Source of the DNA: Camelus dromedarius
Taxonomy: Eukaryota
Assembly: GCF_036321535.1 (NCBI RefSeq)
Contig: NC_087438.1
Span: 14,076,001-14,140,000, forward strand
Reading direction: 5' to 3'
DNA: 64,000 nt
Part shown: positions 27,226-41,199 of the stretch, one piece after another
How positions within the stretch are numbered: position 1 is the first letter of the stretch
How the letters are laid out: each line of letters starts with the position of its first letter
The notes under the pieces: model-generated
Database searches by the model: none
Seen by the model: the letters and a program-made list of their open reading frames with translations, nothing else
Told to the model about the DNA's origin: nothing
Made by a program: the position numbers and the translations under genes

Positions 27226-30200
27226 ACAACTAGATCAACCACAGTGAAAACTATACCAAGAGGTACACACAAAAACACTACATATAAATGGACAAACTCC
27301 TACACAATGTTCATGTAGCCCACATAATGGCATGCAGATAAATGAGAACCAGAGAAAACAAACAGAAAAAATATATATAAATATATAAAACTAAACTTTT
27401 ATTCATTAACATATCAATAATTATATTAAATAAAATGCCTTAAATGCAATAATGATAATATAGAGAAAGCAGACCAAACAACAAACACAATCCAACTATA
27501 TGCAGCTTACAAAAAAACTCACTTCAAATTCAATGACATAGGCAGATGTTGAACATAAAAGAATGGAAAAGATACATCATGCAAACATGAAAATAAAGTA
27601 TTTATTTTTTTAAATGAGTGTCTGTCTTAATATTTGACAAAATATTATTTGGAGCAAAGAAAAGTACTAGAGACAAAAATAATGATAAAAGGACAAATCC
27701 ATCAGGAAGACATTACATTCTAAATATGGATGCACAAGAGAGCTTCAAAATACATGAAACAAAATCTGATAGAGTTGAAAGGAGAAATAGACAAGTCCAC
27801 AAATATATTTTGGAATTTCAACCCCCTCCCCATCAACTGATAGAACCACAGACAGAAAATGAGCAAGGACACATATGCAAATTTAGGAAAAATCAAAAGG
27901 AGCCGATTGGCATATGTAGAACACTCTTTGTTAATAACAGTATAATACGCAGTTTTTCAAGTACCCATGGACATTCACCAAGATAGACCACATCATGCTC
28001 CATAAAATGAAACTCAAAAAAATTTAAAATATTGAAATCCTACAGAATGTGTTACCTGATTTTAATGGAATCAAACTAAAAATAAACAACAGAAAGACAA
28101 TGGAAAAATCTCTAAATACATACAAATTTTAAAAGACATTTACAAGTGATTCATGGATCAAAGAGGAAGTTTCAAAGAAAATAAATATTTCTAACTAAGT
28201 GAAAAGAAAACATACCATATCAGAATATGTGGAATGCAACTAAAGTGGTGTTACAAATGAAGTTTACAGCTATATGCTAACATTAGAAATGAGATAACAT
28301 CTCATATTAATAATTAATTTTCCTACTTCGAGATGCTGGAAAAGAATGAAATATAAATTCAAGTAAATAGAAAAAAGGAAACAACAAAGATAAGAACAGA
28401 AGTCAATAAAACTGAAAACAAGAAAAAATAGAAAAAACAGATGAAAGAAAATTCTGATTCTTAAAAAAATCAATTAAATTGATAAACCTCTAGAAAGACT
28501 GAAAGATCCTTTTTTTTTAAAAAAGGAGGAAGACAAAAATCATTAATTCAGTATCAAAGATGGGATAATATTACAGATACTGCAGCCTTTAAAAAGGTAA
28601 TAATGGGATATTATGAAAAATTTTATGCTCATATATCTGACAACTTAAAAGAAATGGATTAATTCCTTGAAAGCCACAAACTATCACAGTGAAAAGTTTA
28701 CCTGAATTGGCTATAACCATCAAAGAAATTGTATTCACAATTTTAAAACTCCAGATGGCAGCACTACTTTGGCAATTTTCACTGGATAGGTCTACCAAAT
28801 ATTTAAAGAACTATTAATAGCAATGTTACAAAATATCTTTCAGAAAATATAAGAGGAGGGAACATTTTGTAAGTAATACAATAAGCCGATATTACTCTGA
28901 TACCAAAAGAAAAGGCAGTAGAAAAACAAACAATAAAACTACCTATAAATATCACTCATGAAATTGAATGAATAATCCTCAACAAAATATTAGCAAGCTG
29001 AATTATCAATGCATAAAAAGATGAAGTGGGATTTAGTTCACGTATGCAAGGCTGGTTCAGCCTTTGAAAATCAATCAATGTAATCCACCGTGTCAATAAG
29101 ATAAAGAAGTTAAAACATGATCATACTAACTGATGCAGAAAAGCATCTGGCAAACTCCAACATCTATTCATGATAAAAAAATTCTCAGCAAGTTAGAAAT
29201 AGAGAGGAATTAACACAACTTAATAAAGAGCATCTATATAATAAATCTACAGTTAACATCATATTAAAAGTGAAGAACTGAATACTTTTCCACTAAGATG
29301 AAGAACATGGTGATAATGTCATCTTTCACCACTGTTCAACATAGTACTGTAAGTTCTAGCCAGCATAGCACAAAGGCAAGAAAAGGAAAGAAAACGCATG
29401 CAGCTTGGAGTATAGAATTAAAATTCTCCTTATTTATTGAGGACATCATTATTTATGTGGAAAATCTACAAAATAAACAAATATAAGAACAAAAGTTCTA
29501 GAATAAGTGATTCAGCAAGTTTGTAGGACAGAAAATGAACAAACACAAATCAATAGTAATGATGAACATGCAGAAACTAAAATTAAAACACAATATATTT
29601 ATAAACACTCCAAAGAAAATCATAAACTTAATAAATGGTACAGTAATAAAATATGCACTAGGTATTTTATGCACCATATGCTGGAAATTGTAAAACACTG
29701 ATGAAAGAAATCAAAGACTAAATAAATGAAGAAATCATGTTCATAAATTAGGAGATTTAACATAGCAAAATGTCAATTATTCCCAAATTGATCTATGGGT
29801 TTAATATAATGTCTATAAAAATTCCAGCAAGATATTTTTAGACATAAACAAGCTTATTCCAAAATTTCTATGGGAATTTAATTCCTTAATTAGTTAAAAC
29901 TGTCTTGACAAAGAAGAAACATCGCTATCTTTGACATTAATGCTAGCCATTAGCTATTTAGCTACAGTAACCAAGAAGATGTGGTATTGGTTGGGAAAGA
30001 GACATAGAGATAGATAGAACCGAACAGATGAGCCAGAAACTGATATGCTCAACTGAATGTTAACAAAGGTACAAAACCAATTCAAAGACGAAGGATAGCC
30101 GTTTCAACAAATTACGCTGGATCAACTGGATATCTATAGGCAAAATCCAAAAAACAAAAACCAACTTTGCCCTAAACCTCACAAGAGTTTGTATACAAAG

Positions 30201-31318
30201 TTGTCTCATACTATATTTTAGACATATCTCTAAAGCCTAAAACTACACAATTGGGGAAGGGGGATGGAGGAGAAAATTTTGATACAGAGCACTAGAAGAG
30301 TTCTTAGATTTGGCACCAAAGCAAGATGCATTAAAGAAAAAGAAAATTATACATTGGACCTTATTAAAGTTAATTTTTTTCTCTGTGAAAGTCTATGTGT
30401 AGAGAATTAAAAGATAATTTAGTTACTCCCTAGAGACTGGGAGCAAGTATTTGTAAATTACATATCCAAAATCATTGTCTAGCATTTATAAAGAACGCTC
30501 AAACTTAACAGTTCAAAAAAATTAGAAAATGAGCAAAGACCTGAACAAATATTTTACCAAAGACACAGATTGAAAATAAGCATGGGGGAAGTTGTTAAAT
30601 ATCATTGGCCACTAGGAAAAAGAAAATTAAAACCACATGAGCTATTCCTACTCACTTATCATAATGGTTAAAAAAAAATAACAACAACACTAAATGGGGG
30701 GAAGGACTTGAAGAATTGGATCACTCATATATTGCTGGTGAGGATGTAAAATATCACAATCACACTAGAAAACAGCCTGGCAATTCCTTAAAAAAGTAAG
30801 CATGCTACTACCATGCCATTCAGCACACCCTGGCTTTATCTCTCAAAGATGAAAACTTACATTCACACAGATACCTGTAAATGAATGTTTATAGCAGGTC
30901 ATTGTATAGCTCCAAGCTAGAATCACCCTAGATGTTCTTCAATGATGAAAGGTTAACCCATCTATGGCACAAGTTTACCATGGATTCCTATTCAGCAATA
31001 AAAAGGAACTGTTGATACATGCACCAACTTGAGTGAATCTCCAGACTTACGCTAGGTAAACAACAGCCAATTCTAAAAGGTTATATAATTCATATTTCCA
31101 TTTCTATAACATGTTTTACATGGCAACAATGTAAAAAAGGGCAAGTTAGCATTTTCCTGGGATAGTTGGGGAGCGAAGGGCTCGGGGTGATGACAGGAAC
31201 CAAACTGGTTTGGTTCTGAAGGACAACATGAGGGATCCTGTGGTGTTGGAACTGTTCACTGTGGTAACTGTGCTCTTGGGGATACAAGGACTTGTAACAT
31301 TTTTATAAAACTTAATAC

Positions 31319-32885
31319 AAACAAGGTACCCAAATTGGAAAGGAAGAGGTAAAAGTATCATTATATGCAGATAACAGAATACGATATATAAAAGACCCTG
31401 AAGACTTCACACAAAAACTACTAGAGCTGATAAACAAATACAGCAACAAAGCAGGATTCAAGGCTAACATGCAGAAATCTGCTGCATTTCTTTACACTAG
31501 TAATAAAATATCAGAAAGAGAAAGTAAAAAAAAAAAATCCCTTTTAAAATTGCATCAAAAATACTTCAAAATAAACCTTGACTAGTGAGGTGAATTACGT
31601 GCTGAGAACTACAAAACTCTGATAAAGGAAATTGAAGATGACTCAAAAAAATGGAAAGATATCCTATGCTTTTGCATTGGAAAAATTAATATTGTTAAAA
31701 TGGCCACACTACCCAAAACAGTTTACAGATTTAATGTGATCCCTATCAAATTACCTATGACACTTCTCACAGAACTAGAACAAATAATCATAAAATTTAT
31801 ACAGAACCACAAAAGATCCAGAATTGATAAAGCAATCCTGAGGAAAAAGAAGGAAGCTAAAGGCATAACCCTCCTAGACTTCAGACAATACTACAAAGCT
31901 ACAGTAATCAAAACAGCATGGCATTGGCACAAAACAGACATATGGATCAATGGAACAGAATAGAGAGTCAGAAATAAACCCATCCACCTTCAGTCAATTA
32001 ATCTTTGACAAAGGAGGTGAGAGCGTACAATGGAGAAGATAAGCTCTTCAGCAAGTGGTGTTGGGAAAGTTGGACAGCTGCATGTAAACCAATGAAGTTA
32101 GAACACTTCATCACATCATACATGAAAATAAACTCAAAGTGGCTTAAATATAAGACATGACACCATAAACCTCCTAGAAAAGAAAATAGGTAAAATAATT
32201 TCTGACATAAATTGTAGCAATGTTTTCTGAAGTCAGTCTCCTACAGCAAAAGAAAAAAGCAAAATGGGACCCAATTAAACTTAAGAGCTTTTGCACAGCA
32301 AAGAACAACATAAACAAAATGAAAAGACAAACTACAGACTGAGAGAAACTCTTTGAAAATGATGCAGCTGACAAGGGCTTAATTTCCAGAATATACAAAC
32401 AGCTCACACAACTCAATAACAAAAATGCAAACAACCCAATCAAAAAATGGGCAGACCTAAACAGACATTTCTCCAAAAAAGGCATACAGGTGGTCAACAG
32501 GAAAATGAAAAGATGCTCAACATCACCAATTATCAGAGAAACATAAATCAAAACTATAATGAGGTATCACTTCACACCAGTCAGAATGGTCATTATCAAA
32601 ATGTCTACAAGTAGTAAATGCTGTAGAGGGTGTGGAGAAAAGGGAACCCTGCTACACTGTTGGTGGGAATGTAAATTGGTGCAACCACTATGAAGAACTC
32701 TATGGAGGTCCTTAAAAAATTTAAAAACAGACCTACCATATCATCCAGAAATCCCACTCCTGAGCATATATCCAGAGGGAACCCTAATGTTCATGGCAGC
32801 ACTATTTACAATAGCCAAGGCATGAAAGCAACCTAAATGTACATCAGCAGGTGGATAAAGAAGCTATGTGTGTGTATGTATATGG

Positions 32886-32916
<31 letters not shown>

Positions 32917-33412
32917 CATACACACACATAATGGAATATTACTGAACTATAAAAAAGAATGAAATAATGCCATAATGCCATTTGCAGCAACATGGATGAA
33001 TCTGGGGATTATCATACTAAGTGAAGTAAGTCAGACAGAGGAAGACACATATCATATGATATCACTTATATGTGGAATCTAAAAGAAATGATACAGATGA
33101 ACTTATTTACAAAACTCACAGGCATAGAAAACAAACACGTGGTTACCAAAGCGGATAGGGGAAGGAGAGAGATAAATTAGGGGTTTGGGATTAAGAGATA
33201 CATGTTACTATATATAAAACAGATAAACAACGAGGACCTACTGAATAGCACAGGGAACTGTATTCAATATCTTGTAATAACCTATAATGGAAAAATATCT
33301 GAAAAAGACTACATATATATAACTGAATCACTTTGCTGTACACCAGAAACAAAGAAAACATGGTAAATCAACTACACTTCAACAAAAAAATTTAAAAATA
33401 AAAATTAAAAAA
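31319..33412 (+). mobile_element. Younger 5'-truncated L1 (~2.1 kb) nested in the L1MD-like 3'UTR
   Basis: ORF2 relic [19 protein letters not shown]...[15 protein letters not shown] (31700-31963); A-rich tail; TSD AAAACTTAATAC at 31307-31318 and 33413-33424. Confidence 0.93.
32887..32912. repeat. (TG)n microsatellite within L1
   Basis: Direct reading of the sequence. Confidence 0.9.
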
Positions 33413-33667
33413 AAAACTTAATACTCACACAAACACATGCATAAATCAGTACAAGGAGACCTTGGGAAATCTGAAAGAAACTGGTGGATTGTGCCAATGT
33501 CAATATTCTTGTTCTGATAATATACTCTAGTTTTGCAAAATATTACTATTGGGAGGAATTGAGCAGACAAAATTTTCAAGAGATCTCCTTGTATTATTTC
33601 TCACAAATGCATGTAAACCTATAATTACTTCAATAAATTAAATTAAAAATATACACTTAGTTGGAAA

Positions 33668-33670
<3 letters not shown>

Positions 33671-33713
<43 letters not shown>
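33671..33713. repeat. (CA)n microsatellite
   Basis: About 21 uninterrupted AC units. Confidence 0.95.
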
Positions 33714-33716
<3 letters not shown>

Positions 33717-35729
33717 AAGATGAGTTCCCAGAACTTTGGAAATGCTCTGAATGAATAAGCATCTTTGTTTAACTGGACGGGGAAGGGACATAAACAAAAT
33801 GAGTTTCAGCTTACTAGCGTGAATAGAGTTTATTTCTTCATCATAAGTCGTATCTTAAAGCAAGTTTAGAAGTCTCTAAAGATCAGCAAACTTGTCTGCA
33901 CGCTTTTATTAGAATTGTGTGAAGTGCATCAGATGTTGAGAATCAATTTCCACTCATTCCAAAATTAACATAAATCTTAGTGTCCTTTTAAAGTTCCACC
34001 TCTGCTAATTCTTTAAGTACAGATGTTAATTAAATTCTACAATTTAATTGTTCAGATAAATATATTATAAAGGAAACATGACATGATAAAATATCTTTAA
34101 AATTCATAGAAAAAAGGGAGTACAATATAGAATGATTTCACATTACAAATAGTAAACAAAACTATTTGCTGATATGAAAATTGATGACAGTGCCTTCATT
34201 GCTGCATTCCTATCTCAGGGGATTATTTTTCTCCTAAGATTTAACACAATGGAAAACAATGAAGTCATATATGTTAAAATTGTCAAATATGTGACTATTT
34301 AGTCGGCTTTCACAATAATGTTAATTTCATACAGTATCATTCATGTGTTTGGGTAACCCCACGTATACATGTATTTTATATGTAAAGTTTGCAAACTATC
34401 ATTTTCAAGGAACATTACAATACAATTAATACACATTTTCCTTTACATAATGTTTCCTGAAGTCATTTTTTAAAGTCAAGATGGGAGATTGAGCACAAAC
34501 ATCTTATTTCTTCTTCTTCCTGAAGCTTCATTAAAATATAAGAAGTACTTAAAAGATTTAAATACTCAGCAAATTAAAGTTTGTAAGGTTTGTTCCCAAT
34601 ACAAAAGACATTTCAGTAGGTTCTTCAAAGACAAATTGTAAATGAAATAATGATGACTAGTTTGGAAGAACAAAGGAAACTCTCCTTAAAAATGTGCAGA
34701 AGGATTTTACCTTGTCTTGCATATTTCCTGAAAGCTTAGGAGTCAAAAATGTCAAATACATTGGAATGTGGGGGTGAGATAAATATTAAAACATAAATGG
34801 AAAAATTATAGAAAAAGCTTTGATATCTCCAAGCAGACCACTTGACAGTAATAAACCTCTCCCAGCAAAAGTGCATATTCTTGGAAAATTGAATATAAAA
34901 GTTTTTAAGAAAAACTTAAGGTATCAGAGAGAACTATCAAAGAGAAAGAGTGATGAAATGATCACAGCCTCTCCTGATCTATCACATTAGCTTCTGAAGC
35001 CAATGGTAAAGTTTTCTGTCTTCATTCTATAAAGTGGGAAGTAATTATAGCCTATCAATAGTTAACAAGAGTAGGCTGAATAAACATGTCAGTATTTTAC
35101 ACATATTAAAAAGACAACCAAAGGAAGAGCTATATATTTAATGATAAAGTGAAACAAGAAAAAGGGAAAAGACGTAGAATTTGTAAACCTGCAGACCCTC
35201 ATATACTATAGCAGGAAATCAAGATAGTCAGATCAAGTTAAAATAAAAGAACTAAAATATTACAGAAGAAAAGCTGTGAGAAGGGAGTATGTGGGAAGAA
35301 GAGCAATATTCATTTTGTGATAAGTGTTTTTGCACCATTTGCCTTTCACTACTATGTGTATGTATTAATATCAGTACAAATAAAAATTAATCTATTAAAA
35401 TAACAAAGGTGTTATAAAGACATACCTGTAGAGAAAAATACTTGGTCTCATTTAATAACACAATTTTAAAAGAGGAATTATCCAAGACCATGAGGTTAAT
35501 CACATATGTTCCATTAAAATGATCATTATTTTGCAGATGTCAACTATTAAAACAAAGTAGCAATGTCCAACATTTCCAACATTATTAAAGATTCTTGTCA
35601 CTTTACTCAAGGTATCCTTATATATAATGAGCAAAGTAAACTTAAAGGACATTGTTTCTGAAAGATACTAATTTGAGATCATTTTGGTAGCATTAGAAAT
35701 ATTGATTTCAATTTTCTATTTTTCAGGTT

Positions 35730-35823
35730 TCCTGACTTAATGAAACTGCGGTACAGTCTGGGCTTGAGGATTTTTTAAAACTTCCCATGTAATTCTCATG
35801 TTCAAACAAGGTTGAAAACTATA
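35730..35823. mobile_element. MER5-like fragment
   Basis: ttttaaaacttcccatgtaattctcatgttcaaacaaggttgaaaacta resembles the MER5A terminus. Confidence 0.55.
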
Positions 35824-36849
35824 GGTATGTGCCTTATAATATTTGTCTCCCAGTAATATTTGCCAGATCAAAGCTTTGTTTTTAATACATTAACCTAAAT
35901 GTAGGGTTTTCTGTATCTTCATTCTTGTTATTTTCAGCATTTCTTGCAGATACTAAGGAAAATGCAGCTGCAAAGTGCAGAATAGAAATTAATTATACAC
36001 AAATTAACAGCTCTCCAGAAAGAGTCTTTAGTCTTCCACAGCTGTACTGCACACTGATGCTCCACCCCCGCAAACATAAATATTTACTTAGTGTTATTTG
36101 TGCCGATAACTGATGTGTAATTAGATATTATGTTACCCTTCCTCATCTCGATGTTTATAAAAATAGTAATAAAACTGAAAATTCCTCCAGGTCAATTTAA
36201 TTCAATGGCACACACAATAATAACAGAGTTCAAAGAACAAGGATAACAAAGGCAATACTAGAAGAAGGGAAAAACAGCATAAACCCATAACATGAGTCAT
36301 ATATGAGGGAAATGTAATTTCAAGTAATATATATATATATATATCTGTCTCTCTTATGGCATTTCCTTTATGCTTAGTGTCCTCTTATTTTAATTAAAAG
36401 TAGTTTATATCACCTTGAATACTGTAGATATATTTAATACTGCTCATAATTTTGATATGACAATAGAAATAACCCATGCATGCCAAAGCAGCTAATGAAC
36501 TGAACAAGCAAATTTTGAGCATACAAGATATTCCAGAACAAGTTTATGTATCATTGCTTTTAACTTTATATATATAAACACATACACCCACATATATATA
36601 TATATACACAATACACACATACATACACAGAGTCAGTGGACATTGAAGTGAATTCAAAAAGGAAAGATAGCGATCTATAATTATTCTGAGTTTCTGTTTA
36701 TTTTAAAATAGGATAAATGATATTTAACATATCTTGAAGATATAATATGTAAAATAAAATAATGCAATCAAACAAAAGTCAAATATATTACACTTTATCA
36801 TACAGTTGGTAATTCTATTAAACTCTATGCTGAGTATGTGTGTGTAAGT

Positions 36850-37340
36850 GTGTCTTTTATGGACCCCTCCATTTATCTTGTAAGAATCGAGACCCCATTG
36901 TGGGACTTTGGGAGAAGAGAGTTCTATCTCTGTTGTGTAAACTCCAGGAGCCGGACTCTGTATCCACCCCACTTGGGCAGGCAGACTACTGACACATGAC
37001 TTAATCTGGGCCAACAAATGCTCTTGTCTGGAGCTTTGGAACTTGACTGAGTGACACAAAGACCAAGAGGCAGGTTTGATACTATTCGTGGCTGTGTTAT
37101 ATAGAACAGTAGCATTGCGTGTTGAGGGCAGAAGTGTCAATGGCAATCTTCTGACTCAATTGTCCCTGGGGTATCAACTTGGCTTCATTTACAGCCACTC
37201 AGCCTTGCTTGGTTCCTGCTGTAATTAACACTGACTCACTGGCCTTTCTGCCAATTCTATAATCTATCTAATATCCATCTGGAAAGTTACTTTTATGCTT
37301 AAGTTACTCAGTCAGATTCTGTTGCAGTCAAGAAAGTGAT
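36850..37340 (+). mobile_element. Old ERVL-class LTR (LTR33-like)
   Basis: gacacatgacttaatctgggccaa...ttggaacttgactgagtgacacaaag...tgcttaagttactcagtcagattctgttg. Confidence 0.55.
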
Positions 37341-37608
37341 TTACTAAATCATGCCTTTGGTTGTAAGCACCCAATCACACCACCACATACACAAATAATC
37401 TAAACTATAACAATGAATGATGCTTGAAATCAAGAGAAAGAGAGCCAGGTTTCATGCAGTCTTCATACGTTTCTTTACATATTAGAGCCAAGTTTTTAGA
37501 ACCAGTCTTTATTCTCATTCTATATGCTTACAATTTTATGTGACCTTCACAGACTCATAATTTTGTATATATTATGTATATGGGGCCAGGTTTCCTAAGC
37601 AGTCTAAA

Positions 37609-37798
37609 CCTGCCCTGTCTAATATTGTAGCCAATAACAAGTAGCTTTTTAAATTTAAATAAAACAAACATTCAGAACCTTTATTGCAAGAGCTACATTT
37701 CAAATATCCAATAGCTACATGGGGCTGGTAGCTACCATATGAACAGTGTACATATAAAACGGGACCATAATTGCAGAAAGTTCTGTTGAATAGCACTG
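37609..37798. mobile_element. MER3-like hAT-Charlie element
   Basis: ctgtctaatattgtagcca...gctacatttcaaatatccaatagctacatggggctggtagctacc...gcagaaagttctgttgaatagcactg. Confidence 0.8.
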
Positions 37799-38729
37799 GG
37801 TCTCAATATATTACAATAATTCAACTTCCCCAATGGTTAAGTCATAAATTCAGACTTAAGTTATTTGGAGTAGGTTGATTGTCACTAGTCCACTATGTGC
37901 TTGAACAGTAGTCCAATAAATCTCAAAGAAAAGATGTATACCTATTCCATAAAATGAATTTATCTTATTTTATACTTTTATATATTTTGTTAATCAATGT
38001 AGAATTTTTTTCCAACAATGGATTGAAAAACTAGTGCCTAGAATTGGGGGTTTTAAAAGAGAGACCCTAAAATTTGAATTTGAAAAAATATTTAGGCGCC
38101 TAAAATCACTATATAACTATACACAAGGAAGTCCTTTTTATAACAGAGCACAGAAACTGACTGAATTGTTGCCTGCAAGTCTTGGGACTTGAATTTCCAC
38201 ATACTTTCCGAGTTTGCAGCTGTAGGGAATTGACCTGAATCCTAATTACATCATTTGTATCTCTGATTCTGCCTTTGCCTGAAGCTTATTCTACTCGGCA
38301 GGTATGCAAGTTAGTAAATCACTTCCCATTATTAAACTAGTTTTGGATAGTTTCCTTCAATAGCCAGCAGGATACTACTAACCAATACAAACATTGCGTC
38401 AATCACTAATGCAGATGAGAACAGTTCAGGATAAGTAGCATATTGAAGAATACATACATTTTTACATGCTATGGATTATAAATGGCTAGAGGGCAACGAT
38501 TAAAAGGGCTGAAGAAGACGAACAGTTCTATGACAAATGAGCAAAGACTTCATAATTCACGTTAATTTATAGCCTTTCTCTATCACTATTCCATCCTCTT
38601 GAATATGGGTCAGCTTCCTGTAAATAGTAAGGTTTTTTCCAAGAAAATAACTTCCTGGGTAAAAAATTAACTGTGAAAAGTACAATTCCTAATTTTAAAT
38701 ATTTTATTGTTACCTTTGTTTTTTTAAAA

Positions 38730-39505
38730 CCACTTTATTGAGTGTGATTAACACAAAAATAAATATTTAACGTATACACCTCAAGTATACATCCATGAAC
38801 GCCCACCACAATCTATGCCATAAACATATCCTTCACATCTAAATTTTCTCCTTTCCTATTTTTTATTATTATTATTATTATTATTAATTATTACTATTAC
38901 TGAGACAGGAAGGAAGGCAGAAGAACACAACCATTAAAAGAATGACACAGATGTTGAGAAAAACAAGATATGACAAAAGCTGGTTAGAATCAAGTAGGTC
39001 CAAGATAGCAGAATATCTGACTTCCTGTAGACCTTGAGCCTCATTATATGCTTACTGTAATATATTAGCATACTAAATGACATAACCACCAGAACCATGA
39101 CAGGTACCATGATAGTCCCAAGGCTGTTCATAAAAGGCCAAAGAGTGGTCAGTGACCCAATTCCTTCCCCAAAATAGAACATTCCTCCTACTCCTTTGCG
39201 ATAAAATTACCCAGTCCATAAAAACTAATCACTCCCACATCCCAAGGATGTTCTCACTTTCTGAGATGGTCTGCATTCTGCCTATGGAACATGTACCTCT
39301 CCAAATATACTTGCTCTCACTTTACTCTGGCTAGGATCTTGAATTCTTTCCTAAGCAAAGCCAAGGACCCTCACTTGGCAGTCTGGGCTCCTATGCATCC
39401 CAGAACGTGATATTTCCTTCTCATGCATTGTTACTATTATTTGTGATTAGAGCACAACATAAATTCTACCCTTTAACAATCTCTTACGTATACAATACAA
39501 TGTTA
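38730..39505 (-). mobile_element. L1 3' end (minus strand) split by an LTR
   Basis: actttattgagtgtgatt...ccaccacaatctatgccataaacatatcc on the left and aaattctaccctttaacaat...tatacaatacaatgtt on the right. Confidence 0.65.
38901..39427 (+). mobile_element. Solo LTR (ERV1-like)
   Basis: Starts TGAGACAGGAA and ends near the imperfect inverse TTCCTTCTCA (39414-39423) or at TGCA (39427). Has TATA-like cataaaaa and U5-like cttgaattctttcct...gccaaggaccc. No clean TSD. Confidence 0.65.
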
Positions 39506-39509
39506 CTTC

Positions 39510-40690
39510 ATTGTCACTCATGCTTCAGATTTCACCAATCACTTTCTCCTCCTTGAGATTTTCTCCTTCCTTATGTCCTGCAGTTCCATTTCTGTTCTAT
39601 GGTTTCTAATTCCTCTGCTGAACTTTATTTTCAAACTCTTTATGTAGACCTAGTTTTCTATTTTCCCTTAAAACTTTTTGTTCCTCAGAATTCTATTCTG
39701 AGCCAGGAGTCCACATATGTTTCCTTAAAATTTTATGCAGGGCTTCAATCACCACTTAAACCCCAATGTTTCCCATTTCTACCCTTTAGACTGCATCCTT
39801 CCTCTAGTGTTCTGCATCTCTCTATCCCTGGCTACCTGCAGGCCCATAAATCACCCGGGACATAGACTATCCAAACCTAACCCTGTCGCCCTCACTCCCA
39901 GACATGACCCTCCTCCTTTATTGTTTAGCCCCTCAATTTAATGAGAAGCTTGCCAAACATCTTCAAACAGCCCTGTATCTCCCTTTCTTGCAATCAATAT
40001 ACACAAAATCTTGTCAATTATAAATCCTTAAAAAAATTTTATCTATTTACTCTCTCCAATTTGTCTGCAATTACCAAATTCAAGTCTAGATTTGGGCAAT
40101 GGTAAAGTATCACCTCTGCCTTTGAACTTGTTTTATATGTCTCATGTAACTTCCCCCTTGAAAATCCTTCAATCCATTCCGAAACACTTCTGGATAAACT
40201 ATAGTCTCCTTTGAATCTCCTACCTGGTACTCAGTGGCCTATAATGCTCTCTAGCTTCATCCCCACTCCCACTTCTCCACATGTGATCTGTGCTCCAACT
40301 GCTGTTTTTGTATGTCCTTAAATACTACTTATTTAATTTTGATATGTCATTCCTCAAATTCCACTGCAAGTCTCTCATAACCAATATACTTTCTCTGTCT
40401 TATTTTCTATTGATAGCAAAATATTAGTACAAGGTCATCCTCTTCTGGGGTTCCTTCCATAAGTTGACCTAAGTCAAGAACGTCACTCCTCTTCTTGCAC
40501 CACCATCCCCTAAGCTTAGTGCTGTTACTGCAACACTAACATTGTGATGTATTCACTTGTTCTTAAACTTGTCTACTCTTCTTGCCTTTATTCATCAATC
40601 ACTGAGATTGTATATTTCATTAGTGTAATCTTCATATCTAGCACAATGCATGGCATGCTGTTAATTCTTTATTAACACTGAATTCATGTT
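39510..40690 (+). mobile_element. L2 (degenerate)
   Basis: Pyrimidine-rich L2-like text ending in tcttcatatctagcacaatgcatggcat. Confidence 0.6.
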
Positions 40691-41199
40691 GAAGCAGTGA
40701 CTTTTTCGAAGTCAAATAGGACTCTTGCAATCATCTCATCCATTCCCTTTATTAATGTGCATCATAATATTTGTTCTGAAAGTTTGATTTACCCAGGTCA
40801 AAAAATTATATAGTAGAAAAATCAAGGCTACCCATCCAATATTCCTTTCCCTATTTCTTGTTACTTACATACATATTACAAGTATGACTCAAGTGTTGTC
40901 CTAAGTTTCTAATACATTATACAGACCATAAATACATTATCTCTTAAAACATTAGGGGAAAGTAAATGAGCCAACTACGCTCTATTAGTCTCAGTTTATA
41001 ATATATTGGCTCCTTTACAGAAATTAGCCTACTTTTGATTTTTCTGAAATTCTTCCCTGTGATTCTATTGCTCATATAGAAGCAAGTGATTGCTTAGCAA
41101 TAAATAAAACAAATATATTGATTCCGCATTCTTCTTAAGTCAACAATGTCTTCACATTTCTCTAAATATGAAGCCCAAAACTATTTATTCAAGGGGACC

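Larger units (their letters stand above)
25225..33650 (+). mobile_element. Near full-length ancient L1 (L1MD-like): 5'UTR, ORF1 and ORF2 relics, 3'UTR
   Basis: The 5' end has aagatgg followed by a GC-richer UTR. An ORF1 coiled-coil relic (EMTEDRINQLEDR) lies at 26269-26463. EN- and RT-like decayed text spans ~27400-30900. The L1MD-style 3' end is ggtggattgtgccaatgtcaatatt...atgcatgtaaacctataattacttcaataaa. There are many stops and frameshifts. Confidence 0.85.

Noticed and set aside
26269..32551. ORFs at 26269, 27618, 31700 and 32174 as functional genes
   Set aside because: They are short, broken L1 ORF1/ORF2 relics or their antisense frames; there is no intact retrotransposon ORF.
34480..35400. 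Possible very old L1/HAL1 5' relic
   Set aside because: It is A-skewed with an aagatgg start but too degenerate to call by eye.
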